A stretch of DNA of 64,000 nt from the human T2T-CHM13v2.0 reference genome, Homo sapiens. The notes below the pieces were generated by a model that was not told the origin of the DNA, did no database searches, and saw only the letters and a program-made list of their open reading frames with translations. A program made the translations under genes and the position numbers. The DNA lies in the NCBI RefSeq assembly GCF_009914755.1, contig NC_060948.1, one strand, 5' to 3'. Positions 28,740 to 41,332 of the stretch are shown here, piece after piece. Position 1 is the first letter of the stretch. Every line of letters starts with the position of its first letter.

Positions 28740-29638
28740 TTGCTGGAATGAAGGAGGTCCAAAGAGACCATGGGGTGAAACAGGATAATTTAATCGAATG
28801 CGCTCAGACCCAGCGGATTAACATCCAAAAACTGGGCCTAGAGCAAAGACAGTGCTTGACTTTTATACACACTTCAAAAAGTGGCTGGGCTAGCTTGAAA
28901 CAAGCTTACAGTGGCATGAAGTGTAGTGACATGAAAGCAAGGATACAGAGGCAGAACAAAGGCAGTTAATCAAATAGTAACAGGTTCATAACTCAGAATT
29001 ACATGTGACTCTTGCTGTGCAGTCCATATGGCTGTTACCTAGGCTTGCTCTAGTGCCTTGTGTGGGTTTGTCTCATAAACTTCAATATGGTGCCTAGATG
29101 ACTGCAGCCCAGGCCTGCTGAGGCACGTCTTATAACCTTCACCTTGCTGCTTAGATAAAACAGAATACTTGAAGTTACTAGTTACAGAAAACAGGAATGT
29201 ATAAACTCATACGTTTACTCATATCATAGGGGAAAGGAAAATTTATTTTCTTCTCCCTATATTGAGGGAGTGCTGGGAGAGTCTCCACAACACAATCCTT
29301 TGAGCCCTGGCTTCTTTGATAATGTTATCAAGACTTTGCCTGGGTCTGGGCTTTGCCTGTTACTGCCTTTGGGATGTGTCAGCCTAATATAGAAAGCTTG
29401 TTTGTGAAGCACAAACACCTCAGAGCTCCTCACTGGAGGGGATTAATAGTGTTATGGTGTTCTAACACCAGTGCAGTCCGTCACTGTCTGCAGCTGTTCC
29501 TAGTGTATCCTGTTTGCATGCTGGCAGATCTTGCCCTGAGCCCAGACACAATGTTAGTTAAGGAGGTACAGAGGTAATCAAACAGGCATCCCTTTCTAGT
29601 TTCTTTTTTTTGTTTTTCACCTTTCTCATTTCCCCACA
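28740..29638 (-). mobile_element. Probable solo ERV LTR, family not determined
   Basis: The minus strand starts tgtgggg at 29638, with TATA-like (cttttatac) and polyA-like (tttaat) motifs in LTR order near the left end. TSD and boundaries are unresolved. Confidence 0.55.
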
Positions 29639-31819
29639 TTTGACAAGCTTTACATTATTGCCCACTTCTTGGAATGAGAAGACCGCTAATGTCTAAACAA
29701 TAGAGAGCTCAAACTTTATGAATAACCAGTTTGGAGTCAGGGTTACACATACAAAAATACTGTGCGCTTCATGTTGCAGTTGCTTATCTTTTTTCAGTAA
29801 ATTGGTGTTTAACCTTTCCTTGATGTTGTTGTTACTTATTAAATGAGTAAAAAAATACATACATTGCATGCTTAGTATTGGAAGTATATATTGTGAAGTA
29901 GCTGCTACCTAGTAAAAAATAGTATTTACTTGTTTGCTGAATTTGGGAAACAATGTGTTTGTTTCTGGCTACCATGATCACATATCTGTGTCAATATGGG
30001 TAGTAAAAGAAGGAAGAGTTCCAATTTTGTGGATTGTACAAGGGAAAATCCAAATTCATTTTTTTGGGTGTGTTGCCAAAAGCAGGCAAAGATGTTTGTT
30101 CATTTGAAATTAGTTATCAATTTGACATAACAAAATAACACACTTTTAAGGGATCTTATGAAGAAACATGTAAAAATCTAACTTAAATTTTCTTTAACCT
30201 AGCATAATATCTTAGTCATCATATTCATTTCTCTTCAAATCCCAAGTTCTTCATCTATCTTTTTCTCCTTATTTCCCTATGTATGTAGGATACATTACAA
30301 AGGAAAATGAAGCAGACAGCATTGTTTTCACAGCATATAAGTATCACATGGATGTTACTCCACACATGCGTTACTGTGTCAGCAAAACTAGAGCAGACGT
30401 CACTGGTGGTAATAAAGTTCCCTGTTGCCCTGTGGGGGCACATGACTTTTTACTCTGTTCCACAGCGGCTTGGGATGTACTGTTTCTGATGGGCAAAAGG
30501 CTTGGCTGTACATATGTCTTGAAACTATTTAATAGTTGGAAATTTGCCTGCAGTGTAGCTTCAGCAGTTTTGCTAAGTTTTTTTTTTTTTTTTTTTTTTT
30601 TAATGGAGAAGGAATACTACCCCAACTGCTAAGTCTGGAAAGAAAAAAGAAAAGGTTAAATATTATTAGAACAAAACTTGTATTTAGTTTAAAACTATGT
30701 GACACAGTTATATTATTGTTTTTAAAATATAACTACACTTAACAAAAGTTATATACCTTGCAAGGTATTCTTATGATGCATTTCAGTGGGAAGTTTAATC
30801 TATAGACATTATTGGTAGAAATGAAATAAGTAAAGTCCACATTCATTTTTTGAAATGGGTATTGTTCTCCGTGTGTGCATGTGCATGTTTCTGTTTGATG
30901 ATCTGTAATCGTTGCCCTCTTTATAGCCTCGTTTGCATGCTACTTAGTTGTTTTTTTAATATGCAGGCATGGGTTCCTGTATTTAACAAATAGTGTTATC
31001 TCAAAAATCCAGAGGAGCCTGCCTCAGAAAAAGTGATGGCATTTCTCCTGGGACAAGCAGAAGTGGTCTTCTCCCATGAGATTCCATGTCAGTGCACTAA
31101 TACGCCTGCATTTCTCCAAGGGTGATAAGTGATTTTATTATCACTTTTATGCAACATAGACTTATAGTCCTTCCATCGTGTCAAACCTTCATGCTCATTA
31201 CTTTGCCTGTTTGTGTCATGAAACACAAGAGGTTAAGTGATGAAACCTGAAATTTATCTTTCTGAAATCCAATGTTTTATCCTCCGGTGCTGAAAGCACC
31301 ACAAATGATCATCAATAAAAGGAACTATTTTTCTTCAAGGCTGAAATTGGGTATACATGCTAAATATGTAGCATATTTTACATTGGTAATCACACAAATT
31401 GTATAGCATAGAAGGAGCTAATACAGCCTTTCTATTTCAGTTATCTCTGAAAATATTCTTGCTCTCTGCAGTGTGTTTCTGCAGATAATTGTGAGGTTCA
31501 TAAGGAGGGAGTTGGCATCAAACAGAAAGAGAAGTGAGATGGGGGAAAATGCCCATATTTGAGACTCAGAGGAAGGGTTAGGAGAGCACTGGTCTTGTGG
31601 TGTGACTCCCATCCTCTCACTTGAAGATGTAGTAAATCAAACTCTGTTCTTGAAGTAGTGAATCAAACTATGATCCTCAATTTCACCATCTCTAAAATGA
31701 GGACAATAATGTTAACATTTAATAGACAAAATACAACTGTATGTTTGTAAAATTAGGAATAAACAGTGCTCACATTGTTTCCTAAACCTAACGTTATCAC
31801 ACTCTGAAATTTTCCTAAT

Positions 31820-32045
31820 CAGGGGAGAGCAGTCGGTGGCCCAGGGTCTAAATTTGGCCTGCAACCTAGTTTTGCAAATCAAGTTTTATGGGAACATAGC
31901 CACCCTCATTTGTTTACATATTGTCTGTGGCTGCTTTTGAGCTGTGAGGGCAGAGTTGAGTGATTGTAATGGAGACCATATGGTCCACAAAGCCTAAACT
32001 CTTTACTATCTGGCCCTTTCTGGAAAAAGCCTATATCAATGCCTG
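31820..32045. mobile_element. MER58A-type hAT DNA transposon
   Basis: aagttttatgggaacatagcca...catttgtttacatattgtctgtggctgcttt...tttactatctggcccttt. Confidence 0.8.
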
Positions 32046-32402
32046 CACTAGACTATTGTAACAGACACTTTTCCCATTAAAAGGCTTAGAATTTTTACAT
32101 TCTATAGGGACATTGTTCCTCATTATGACAGTGGAATATAACATATGTAGAGTGTGGCACCTAGAGTTGTGTATTGTTATACCCTCCACCCCATCTTTCT
32201 CTCATTTTTGTTGTCACACTCCTTGTTCTGCCATCAATGATGTGAATGATCTTGGACATATCTGTTTACCTCTCTGACCCCTAAAGCCCTCACCAGTTAA
32301 AAACATGTGAAATAAGTTGTAAAATTTCTTAGGGCTTTATAATAACATAGAATATAGCGTTTCCCTCCCTGGCTCTCTGGCTCTCATCAGCCACTGTCTA
32401 TT

Positions 32403-32440
32403 TATGCATATGTATATGTATATATGTGTATGTGTGTATA

Positions 32441-32472
<32 letters not shown>
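32403..32472. repeat. Compound (TA/TG)n microsatellite
   Basis: Read directly from the sequence. Confidence 0.9.
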
Positions 32473-32778
32473 AATTTCACATGGAAATCTCCAACTACAT
32501 TTCAAAATTCTAAAACAATTAAAAATAATGCATAATGAAAGAAAACATTCTGTATAATTTAGTCAAATGAATATACCTTGTTTCATAATGTAGGGAACCA
32601 ATTTTTAAGGCAGAGAATGGCTTAAATATAGAAACTTGTTAGGATTGAGTAAAATGCTTCTGATTAGAGAAACTGGATTGACCCTGTCTCACCTGAACCC
32701 CATAGTGAATAAGTGGATAAATGAATGGCTGGTTTACAGAGGAGGATAGCAGCAATAAACAGCTGATCTCTACCATTC

Positions 32779-33099
32779 TTTTTTGGTTTTGTTTTCTTTT
32801 TGTTCTTTTTTTTTTAAGAGTCAGAATCTCATCTGTTATCCAGGATGGTGGGCAGTGGTGCAGTCATAGCTCACTGTAGCCTTGAACTCCCAGACTAAAG
32901 CAATTCTCCTGCTTCAGCCTCCTGCATAGCTAGGACCACAGGCACATGACACCAAGCCCAGCTAATTTTATTTTTTCTGTAGAGACAGGGTCTTTTGCTA
33001 TTGCCTAAGCTGGTCTTGAGCTCCTGCCCTCAAATAGTCCTCCTGCCTCAGCTTCCCAAAGCACTAAGATTACAGGCATAAGTCACCATGCCTGGCCTG
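32779..33099 (-). mobile_element. Alu (AluJ-like)
   Basis: Diverged dimer, catagctcactgtagccttgaactcc. Confidence 0.88.
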
Positions 33100-33857
33100 A
33101 TTTTATAATTTTATAGTGATTATTTTGAGGGAGAAAGAGATGGGAGTGCATCATCTTGGTAATGGAAGTGTGCCATTTTGGTATTGTCAACTCAAAATGG
33201 GCCTTCCTTTTGAGAAAATGACAAGAAAATATTATTAATTCATATCTTTGAAAGCATTGTTTTCTCAAAAGTTGCTTTCATAAATTGCGTTGTTTCGTGT
33301 TTTACAATGTTTCATAAACTAGATGACATTATTCTGGGTTATTACAATGAGCAAAATTTTCCAGGGCAGGAAATGATGTAATGAATGAAATAAATTAAAG
33401 AAGATGATTAAATTCCTAGTACCAGTGACCCTCTTAAATATTGGAGTTTCTTTAGAAGAGGATGTGATTCTGAGGTTTTCCTTATGAACCTAGAATATCT
33501 GGAAAAATCATGTGACTACTTATTTTCAGCATGTAGATATTCAGACACATTGCTGAGAACACAAACGGCTGTTATTATCTTTATACATTTTAATTCTTCT
33601 CTTGCCTTGAAGTGATGATTCACTTGTAAGTTCGTTCCCTCCCGGGAAGGTTGGTAGCTCCCTTTTGTAGATTAAAGATTAACTCCTACACCAGTGGAAG
33701 GGGCGTTGATTTAATTATTTTATTTCAAACTGGGAAGAACACTCCTTTGATTTTGCAATTCACTTTAGGATCTTGTGATTTAGCAATGCTAATTGACATT
33801 GAACCTGAAACTGAAATATCACATTACAAGTCAAAAGTAACATTTAGAAGCTTGTCC

Positions 33858-35640
33858 TTCGTTTATTCACTCAGCAATTGCTTACTGAGCACATACTGTG
33901 TGCTAGGTGCTCTTCTGGACTCTGGAGAGAGATACAGATGTGAAAAAACAAGCAAACACTCCTCCTCTCAGGGAGCTTTCATTATCGTGAGTAGAAGCAG
34001 ACAGCAAACAAGGTACCTAATAAGTCAGTTTGTGTATTAGTCATGGTTCTCTAGAGGGATAGAACTAATAGGATAGAGTATATAAAAAGGGGAGTTTACT
34101 AAGGAGTATTGACTCACACAATCATAAGGTGAGGTCCCACAATAGGCCATCTGCAAGCTAAGGAGCAAGGAAGCCAGTCAAAGTCCCCAAACCTCAAAAG
34201 TAGGGAAGCCGACAGTGCAGCCTTCAGTCTGCATTCAAAGGTCCGAGTCCCAAAGCTGAAGAACGTGGAGTCTGATGTTCGAGGGCAGGAAGCATCCAGC
34301 ATGGGAGGAAGATGTAGGCCAGAAGACTAAACCAGTCTAAAGTTTCCACCTCTTCTTCCTGCTTTTATTCTGGCCACACTGGCAGCTGATTAGAATGGTG
34401 CCCACCCAGATTGAGGGAGGGTCTGTCTTTTCCAGTCCAGTGACTCAAATGTTAATCTCCATGGCACCATCCTCACAGACATACCCAGGATCAACACTTT
34501 GGATCCTTCAATCCAATCAAGTTGACACTCAATATTTACCGTAACAGTTAGTAATAAGGGCTTGGAGAATAATGAAGCAAGGCATCATCATGGTGACTTT
34601 TTTTTTGTAAATGGAACAAAGCATATATAGCTATTTTAAATAGGGTCACATTTAGTAGACCTTCAACAGGAAAAGGAGCCAGCCATGGAGACACCAGGGA
34701 AAGCATTTAGGCAAATAGACAGGAAAACGTCAGCAGCATCATGGTTTTCCTTTCCAAGAACCAGTGTGACTGGGCTGAGGGGTGGAGGTGATAAAATGAA
34801 AGGTGCTCTGGGAGGTAACTGAGGCACAGGTTGTAGGGCATTCAGGAGACTCCTAGTGGTTTTACTCCAAGTAAGGAACTTCTGCGCACAGGAATGAGAT
34901 GGTCTCTTGCAGTATAGAATCATCAGGCTGTTGTATTCAGAAAAACCTCTAGGGAGGCAGTGGGGAGCTTTTGGCAGTAATCAGGGAGAGGTGATGTTGG
35001 CTTGGCCCAGGGCATTGGCAGTGGTGAAAGGCAGTTAAATTCCTGTTACACTTTGAAGGTAGTGCTAACACAATTTGTTCAAGGGATGTGTCTGCAAAAT
35101 AAATGTATGACTTCAAGGGTTGGGGCCAGAGCAACTGGAAGAGCAATTCCCATGTACTGAGTTGGTGTCAGTAGTGGGCTGTGTGTGGTGGGCTATGTAT
35201 TAGTGGTGGGCTATGTATAGGGATCATGATTTTGCTTTGGGACACATTAGTTTTGAGATGCCTCTGAGACCTCCAAATAGAGCTGCTGGAAGATATTTTT
35301 TGAGTATTGATATTTGAATGATTAGATCTGCATTCAGGGGCATGGTCAATAGTGAAGATATCAGTTTGAAAGTCATCAGCACAAAGATGTTTTTAAAAGT
35401 GTGACATCTGATGAGATCCCTAGAGAATGAGTGTAGATGAGAAGAGAGAGATCCCTGAATTCAGACGCAGAACACTCTCCTATCTAGAGAAGATGGGAGC
35501 TAAAGATCATGGAGCGTGGGGCTGAGAAGTAGCTTCCATTGAAACTGAATGAAAATCTATTAGTGTCCTGAAAACCAAGTGAAGCCTGCATTTTTAAGAG
35601 AAGAAAGTGATCAGTGTTGTCAATATTGATGACTGAGGGA
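33858..35640 (-). mobile_element. L2 relic interrupted by an MLT2A LTR
   Basis: ttcactcagcaattgcttactgagcacatactgtgtgctagg (L2 3' end, antisense), with purine-rich L2 body resuming after 34550. Confidence 0.65.
34033..34546. mobile_element. MLT2A-type (HERV-L) solo LTR
   Basis: tgtattagtcatggttctctagaggga...ccttcaatccaatcaagttgacactcaatatttaccgtaaca; TSD-like GTTTG/GTTAG. Confidence 0.85.
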
Positions 35641-35944
35641 GTCCTCAGATGGCACTGCCAAACTTCCAGGTTGGGGTGCTTCCTGTCCTAATAAGAATAG
35701 GAACAAATATTTCATCCTTACACATTGTGATGTTCAGACCTCATGGTTTGTAGCCACTTGATGTAGTACTTGTCTACTTTTGACCCTACTAGATGAGTTT
35801 TCTTAGGTCATCTACCTCAGTATTACCTGTGTGTTTCATATGAAATATTCCTGGATCCCACCTGCACTCAGGGAATCAGCATATCTCAGTATAAGTGTTG
35901 GACATTCCAGAGATTCCTGTTATTGAATAAGAACAGGTTGATTC

Positions 35945-36505
35945 AGAAATACCATTTGATCCAGCAATCCCATTAATGGGTATATACCCAAAGGAATGTA
36001 AATCATTCTTCTACAAAGATGCAAGCACATGTGTGTTCATTGCAGCACTATTCACAATAGCAGAGATATGGAATTTACCCAAATGTCCATCAACAGTAGA
36101 CTGGATAAAAAAAAAATGTGGTGCATAGACACATAGAATACTATGCAGCCATAAAAAGGAATGAGATCATGTCCTTTGCAGGGACATGGATAGAGCTGGA
36201 GGCCATTATCCTCAGCAAACTAATGCAGGAAAAGAAAATGAAACACTGCATGTTCTCCCTCATAAATGGGAACTGAACAGCTAAACGATGATAACACCTG
36301 GACACATGGAGGGGAGAAACACACAGTAGGGCCCGCTGGGGATGGGGGTGGGAGAAGAAGAGCATCAGGAAGAGCTAATGAGTGCCGGGCTTAACATCTA
36401 TGTCATAGGTTGATCTGTGCAGCACACCACCGTGGCATATATTTACCTCCATAAAAAACATGCATAGACTGCAAATATACCTTGGAATTTAAAAGTTAAT
36501 TAAAA
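35945..36505 (+). mobile_element. 5'-truncated older primate L1 (ORF2 end plus 3'UTR)
   Basis: ataccatttgatccagcaatccca...ttcattgcagcactattcacaatagc...gagatcatgtcctttgcagggacatgga. Confidence 0.88.
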
Positions 36506-37494
36506 GAGAAAGAGAGAGAATGACTTGACTAACAGTATCACATAATATGCTTTCAGTTAACCTCTTACCTAAAAAAATACTATGAAGCTTTCTTTTCTAG
36601 AAAATAAAAGAAGTAACCTAACTAAATGTCCACACATTATATTTCATAGAGGAAAGCAAGAACTTTCAAAAAATAACTTATGTTTCCATCATTTCAAAAC
36701 TACTAACTACTGAAAGTAAAAACATGGGATATTTTTTCTCCAGTCTTCTTCATTTATATCAAGTTAGATATGACTTTTTTGAATCCCCAACACACATGCT
36801 GTTATAGTGAGAATTATTGACAGCATCTTCCTGTGACAGTGTCTTGAAATGAAACCCTCTGTAAATCACTGGTGGTGAGAAGCATCTCCACTTGCTCAAT
36901 TTTTAACAGAAAATGAAGTAAAAACCCTCCAGCTTTGCTATATTTAGTCTTATTCAAATACGTATTTTCAATGGAGATTTGTGAGGTGGTAATTCCAGCA
37001 CCTCACCTTTCTCTTGACATCTGAAAATGTTTTCATTTATGAGACAAACCAGAAATGGTACAATCAGAAAAATGAATGCTACTGGTAAGTCATCCAGTGT
37101 GCAGTGTGGATAAAAAATGGTGCAGTTTTTTTTTCTGATCTCTATTACTCTTAGCTGATGCAAAAATCACTAGCTACAGGGCCACTAAGGTGAAAACAAC
37201 TATTTGTGTGAGCTGAATTTCTTTTCCTTTTTAGAGTATTCAAAGGTGATTCTCTGTTGCTTACCTATTTAATGTCAATTCACCCACATTGAATTTTACT
37301 GTATTTTACCAAAAGATATCAATTTCAGCATATTAAAAATTTGGCTGGGTTGTCTTGGTATGGAAACGCTTAAAATGATCCTTCTGGATTACAAATTTGG
37401 ACCAAACAAATTTATCTTACCATTTTTTAGATTTTTTATTTGAGGCTGAACAAGAAGATCTTAATAACTTGTTTTCAGCTTCACTTCTCTTTTA

Positions 37495-37782
37495 CTCTTT
37501 TTTGGAGACTGTGTCTCACTCTCTTGCCCAGGCTGGCATGCAGTGGTGCTAATCACAGTTCACTGCGGCCTCAACCTTTTCAGATCAAATGATCCTCCTG
37601 CCTCAGCTTCCTGAGTAGCTGGGACCACAGGCATGCACCAACCTGCCCAGCTAATTTTTTATATTTTGTGGAGACAGAGTTTCACTGTGTTGCCCAGGTT
37701 GGTCTCAAACTCCTAGACTCAAAAGATTGTGCCCGCCTCTGCCTTGCAAAGTGCTGGGATTATAGACATAAGCCATCCTGCC
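37495..37782 (-). mobile_element. Alu (AluJ-like)
   Basis: Diverged dimer just upstream of exon 7. Confidence 0.85.
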
Positions 37783-37908
37783 CCCTGCTGTTTTCAGCTT
37801 TTCTATTTATAAAAATCAATGCTTCACATGTTGACCATGTAGTCATTACATGTCCAAAGACGTTAGTTTTGTGGAGTCATATGATGTGTCTTTGTTCTGG
37901 GATTTCAG

Positions 37909-38114
37909 ATCCATCTGCCCCACCAGTGCCAGCTAACCTCCGGCTGGCCAACTCCACCGTCAACAGTGATGGGAGTGTGACCGTCACTATAGTTTGGGGT
38001 CTCCCCGAGGAGCCGGACATCCTTGTGCATCACTACAATGTCTTTTGGAGCTGGACAATCAGCAGTAAGTCTCTTGTACCAACAAAGAAGAAGCAGAGAA
38101 AGACTACGGATGGG
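37909..38114 (+). pseudogene. ANOS2P: Exon 7 homolog (FnIII-2), open frame with intact splice sites
   Basis: tttcag|atccat; [69 protein letters not shown]|gtgagt; 206 bp. Confidence 0.95.
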
Positions 38115-38329
38115 GTGAGTGGGAACTGGAGGAAGGAATGCTCTTCTCACAAAGGGTATTTCCACTCAAGGCAACTGGCCTGAAAAGAGGCCTCTGCTAA
38201 ACTGAGAGATGCCATGGATACAGAAAAGGTTCCCTCCCATTCATTTCTACCGAGGAAGTTCACAGAATGCAGGGGGCATGCCACCTATTTCACCTTTTAT
38301 ATTTTAGGTAGAAGCAACTGCATTTAGAC

Positions 38330-39999
38330 TGAGGGGTGACAGCATGCTGGCAGCCCTCACAACCCTCGCTTGCTCTGGGCACCTCCTCGGCCTTGGCGCC
38401 CACTCTGGCCATGCTTAAGGAGCCCTTCAGCCCCCTGCTGCACTGTGGGAGCCCCTTTCTGGGCTGGCCAAGGCCAGAGCCGGCTCCCTCAGATTGCAGG
38501 GAGGTGTGGAGGGAGAGTCGTGGGTGGGAACCAGGGCTGCCCAGGGCGCTTGTGGGCCAGCGCAAGTTCAGGGTGGGCGTGGGCTCGGTGGGCCAGATAC
38601 TTGGAGCGGCCTGCCCCTGCCTGCAAGCCCCAGGCAGTGAGAGGCTTAGCACCTGTGCCAGCAGCTGCTGTGCCCAATTTCTTGCCGGGCCTTAGCTGCC
38701 TCCCCGTGGGGCAGGGCTTGGGACTTGCAGCCCACCATGTCTGAGCCTCCCCAGTGAGCACCGCTCCCTGCTCCATGGTGCCCAGTCCCATGACTGCCCA
38801 AGGGCTGAGTGTGGGCGCATGCGCAGGACTGGCAGGCAGCACCACCTGCGACTGGGTGCAGGATCCACTGGGTGAAGCCAGCTGTGCTCCTGAGTCTGGT
38901 GGGAACTTGGAGAACCTTTATGTCTAGCCAAGGGATTGTAAATACACCAGTCAGCACTCTGCATCTAGCTCAAGGTTTGTAAACACACCAATCAGTACCC
39001 TGTGTCTAGCTCAGGATACGTGAATGCACCAATTGACGCTCTGTATCTAGCTACTCTGGTGGGGACTTGGAGAAACTTTATGTCTAGCTAAGGGATTGTA
39101 AATACAGCAATCAGCACTGTATCTAGCTCAAGGTTTGTAAACATACCAATCAGCACCCTGTGTCTAGCTCAGGGTTTGTGAATGCAGCAATCAACACTCT
39201 ATCTAGCTACTCTGGTGGGGACTTGGAGAAACTTTATGTCTAGCTAAGAGATTGTAAATACACTAATCAGCACTCTGTGTCTAGCTCAAGGTTTGTAAAC
39301 ATACCAATCAGCACCCTGTGTCTAGCTCAGGGTTTGTGATGCACCAATCAACACTCTGTATCTAGCTACTCTGGTGGGGACATGGAGAACTTTTGTGTTG
39401 ACACTCTGTATCTAGCTAATCTAGTGGGGACATGGAGAACTTTTGTGTCTAGCTCAGGGATTGTAAACGCACCAATCAGCACCCTGTCAAAACAGACCAA
39501 TCAGCTCTCTGTAAAATGGACCAATCACCAGGATGTGGGTGGGGCCAGATAAGGGAATAAAAGCAGGCTGCTTGAACCAGCAGTGGCAACCCGCTTGGGT
39601 CCCCTTCCACGCTGTGGAAGCTTTGTTCTTTAGCTCTTTGCAATAAATCTTGCTGCTGCTCACTCTTTGGGTCCGCACTGCCTTTATGAGCTGTAACACT
39701 CACTGTGAAGGTCTGCAGCTTCGCTCCTGAAGCCAGTGAGACCACAAACCCACCAGGAGGAATGAACAACTCCAGATGTGCCACCTTAAGAGCTGTAACA
39801 CTCACTGCGAAGGTCTGCAGCTTCACTCCTGAGCCAGCAAGACCATGAACCCACCAGAAGGAAGAAACTCCGAACACATCTGAAAATCAGAAGGAACAAA
39901 TTCCAGACACACTGCCTTTAAGAACTGTGACACTCAACATGTGGGTCTGTGGCTTCTTTCTTGGTCAGTGAGACCAAGAACCCACCAATTCTGGACAGA
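38330..39999 (+). promoter_or_regulatory. 5' LTR12 with U3 enhancer tandem repeats, TATA-like AATAAAA and polyA signal
   Basis: Begins tgaggggtgacagc. About 40-bp CCAAT/tatcta/gtgggga repeats at 38897-39480, gggaataaaagc near 39553, AATAAA at 39642, U5 repeats, ends ccaattctggacaga. Confidence 0.92.
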
Positions 40000-40002
40000 T
40001 TT

Positions 40003-40020
40003 TGGTGACCACGAAGGGAC
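40003..40020 (+). other. Primer-binding site (tRNA-Arg type)
   Basis: tggtgaccacgaagggac immediately after the 5' LTR; ERV9 uses an Arg PBS. Confidence 0.8.
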
Positions 40021-41332
40021 CATCACCAATCGCCAAGCGGTGAGACTATCACAGAGCAGTGAGACCATCACCTGTTGCTGAGCAGTGAGACAATCGCCTT
40101 TCGCCACGCAGTGAGTACTGTAAGACCCCTTTCGCTTGCTATTCTGTCCTATTTTTCCTTAGAGTTCAGGGACTAAATACCAGGCACCTGTCGGCCAGTT
40201 AAAAGCGACTAGCATGGCCGCTGGACTAAAGACACAGGTGTCATGCTTTCTGGGAAAGGGCTCTCTAATGACCCCCGGACTGTTCGGCGTTGGGACCGTT
40301 GGTTTGCTCAGAACCAGCTTCTGCTCTTCTTGTACTTCTGGGCTGCGCTGAGGGTTGACAGAGAGGAAAGTCATGCAGCTCCAGGGTCCTGACAACAAGT
40401 TGGTTGACCCTGCGGCCATGAGCGGAACTCTCAAAGCATGTCGCCCAAGCGAGACTCACCCATCTATCCTATGTATCCTGACCCTTGCCCCCTGGGTCCT
40501 AATGCCTGCCAGACAAACTTCCTCTTGCCTCTCTTCTCCGAGGTTAGTCCTGCTTCTAAAAATTGTTACCTGTCTCTGGTGCTTTTCTAGTTTCTCCTAT
40601 AAGAATGATTTCTAGTATAAACTCCAGGACTCTGTTACCTTCTTTAGGCACCCAGGCTTACCAGTCAGAAGACATAATTTTTGCCCAAAGCCCCATCATA
40701 GTGGGGACTACCTGGAATTTTAGGATCCCTCCTCAGACTAACAGGCCTAACGAAAGCTATTCCTGAAGCTAGGATATGGGGAGCCTCAGAAATTGTATCC
40801 TTCCTATTCATACAAGTGAAGACAAAAGGTGTCACTCTTCCAACCCTGGAGATCCCTTCCCTCCCTCAAGGTATGGCCCTCCACTTCATTTTGGGGGCAT
40901 AACATCTTTATAGGACAGGGGTAAAGTCCCAATACTAACAGGAGAACACTTAGGACTCTAACAGGTTTTTGAGAATATGTCGGTAAGGGCGACTAAATCC
41001 GATTTTTCTCGGTTGGTCCTCCTTGTGGTCTAGGAGGACAGGCAAGGGTGCAGGTTTTCAAGAATGTGTCAGTAAGTGCTGCTAAATCCGACCTTCCCTG
41101 GTCCTCCATCTGGTCTGGGAGGAAAACTAGTGTTTCTGCTGCTGCGTCGGTGAGTGCAACTATTCCAATCAGCATGGTCAGGGACCGTTGCAGATTCTTG
41201 GGCAGGGGTTGTTTCTGCTGCTGCATCGGTGAACACAGCTATTCCAATCAGCGGGGTCCAGGGACTGTTGTGTGTTCTTGGTCAGGGGGAGAAACAAAAC
41301 AAACCAAAACCATGGGCGGTTTTGTCTTTCAG

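Noticed and set aside
38895-39480. CRISPR-like regularly spaced repeats
   Set aside because: The units are the tandem U3 enhancer repeats of LTR12 with no unique spacers, in a eukaryotic context.
40021-40120. Short gcagtgaga tandem repeats after the PBS
   Set aside because: This appears to be the ordinary ERV9 leader repeat.
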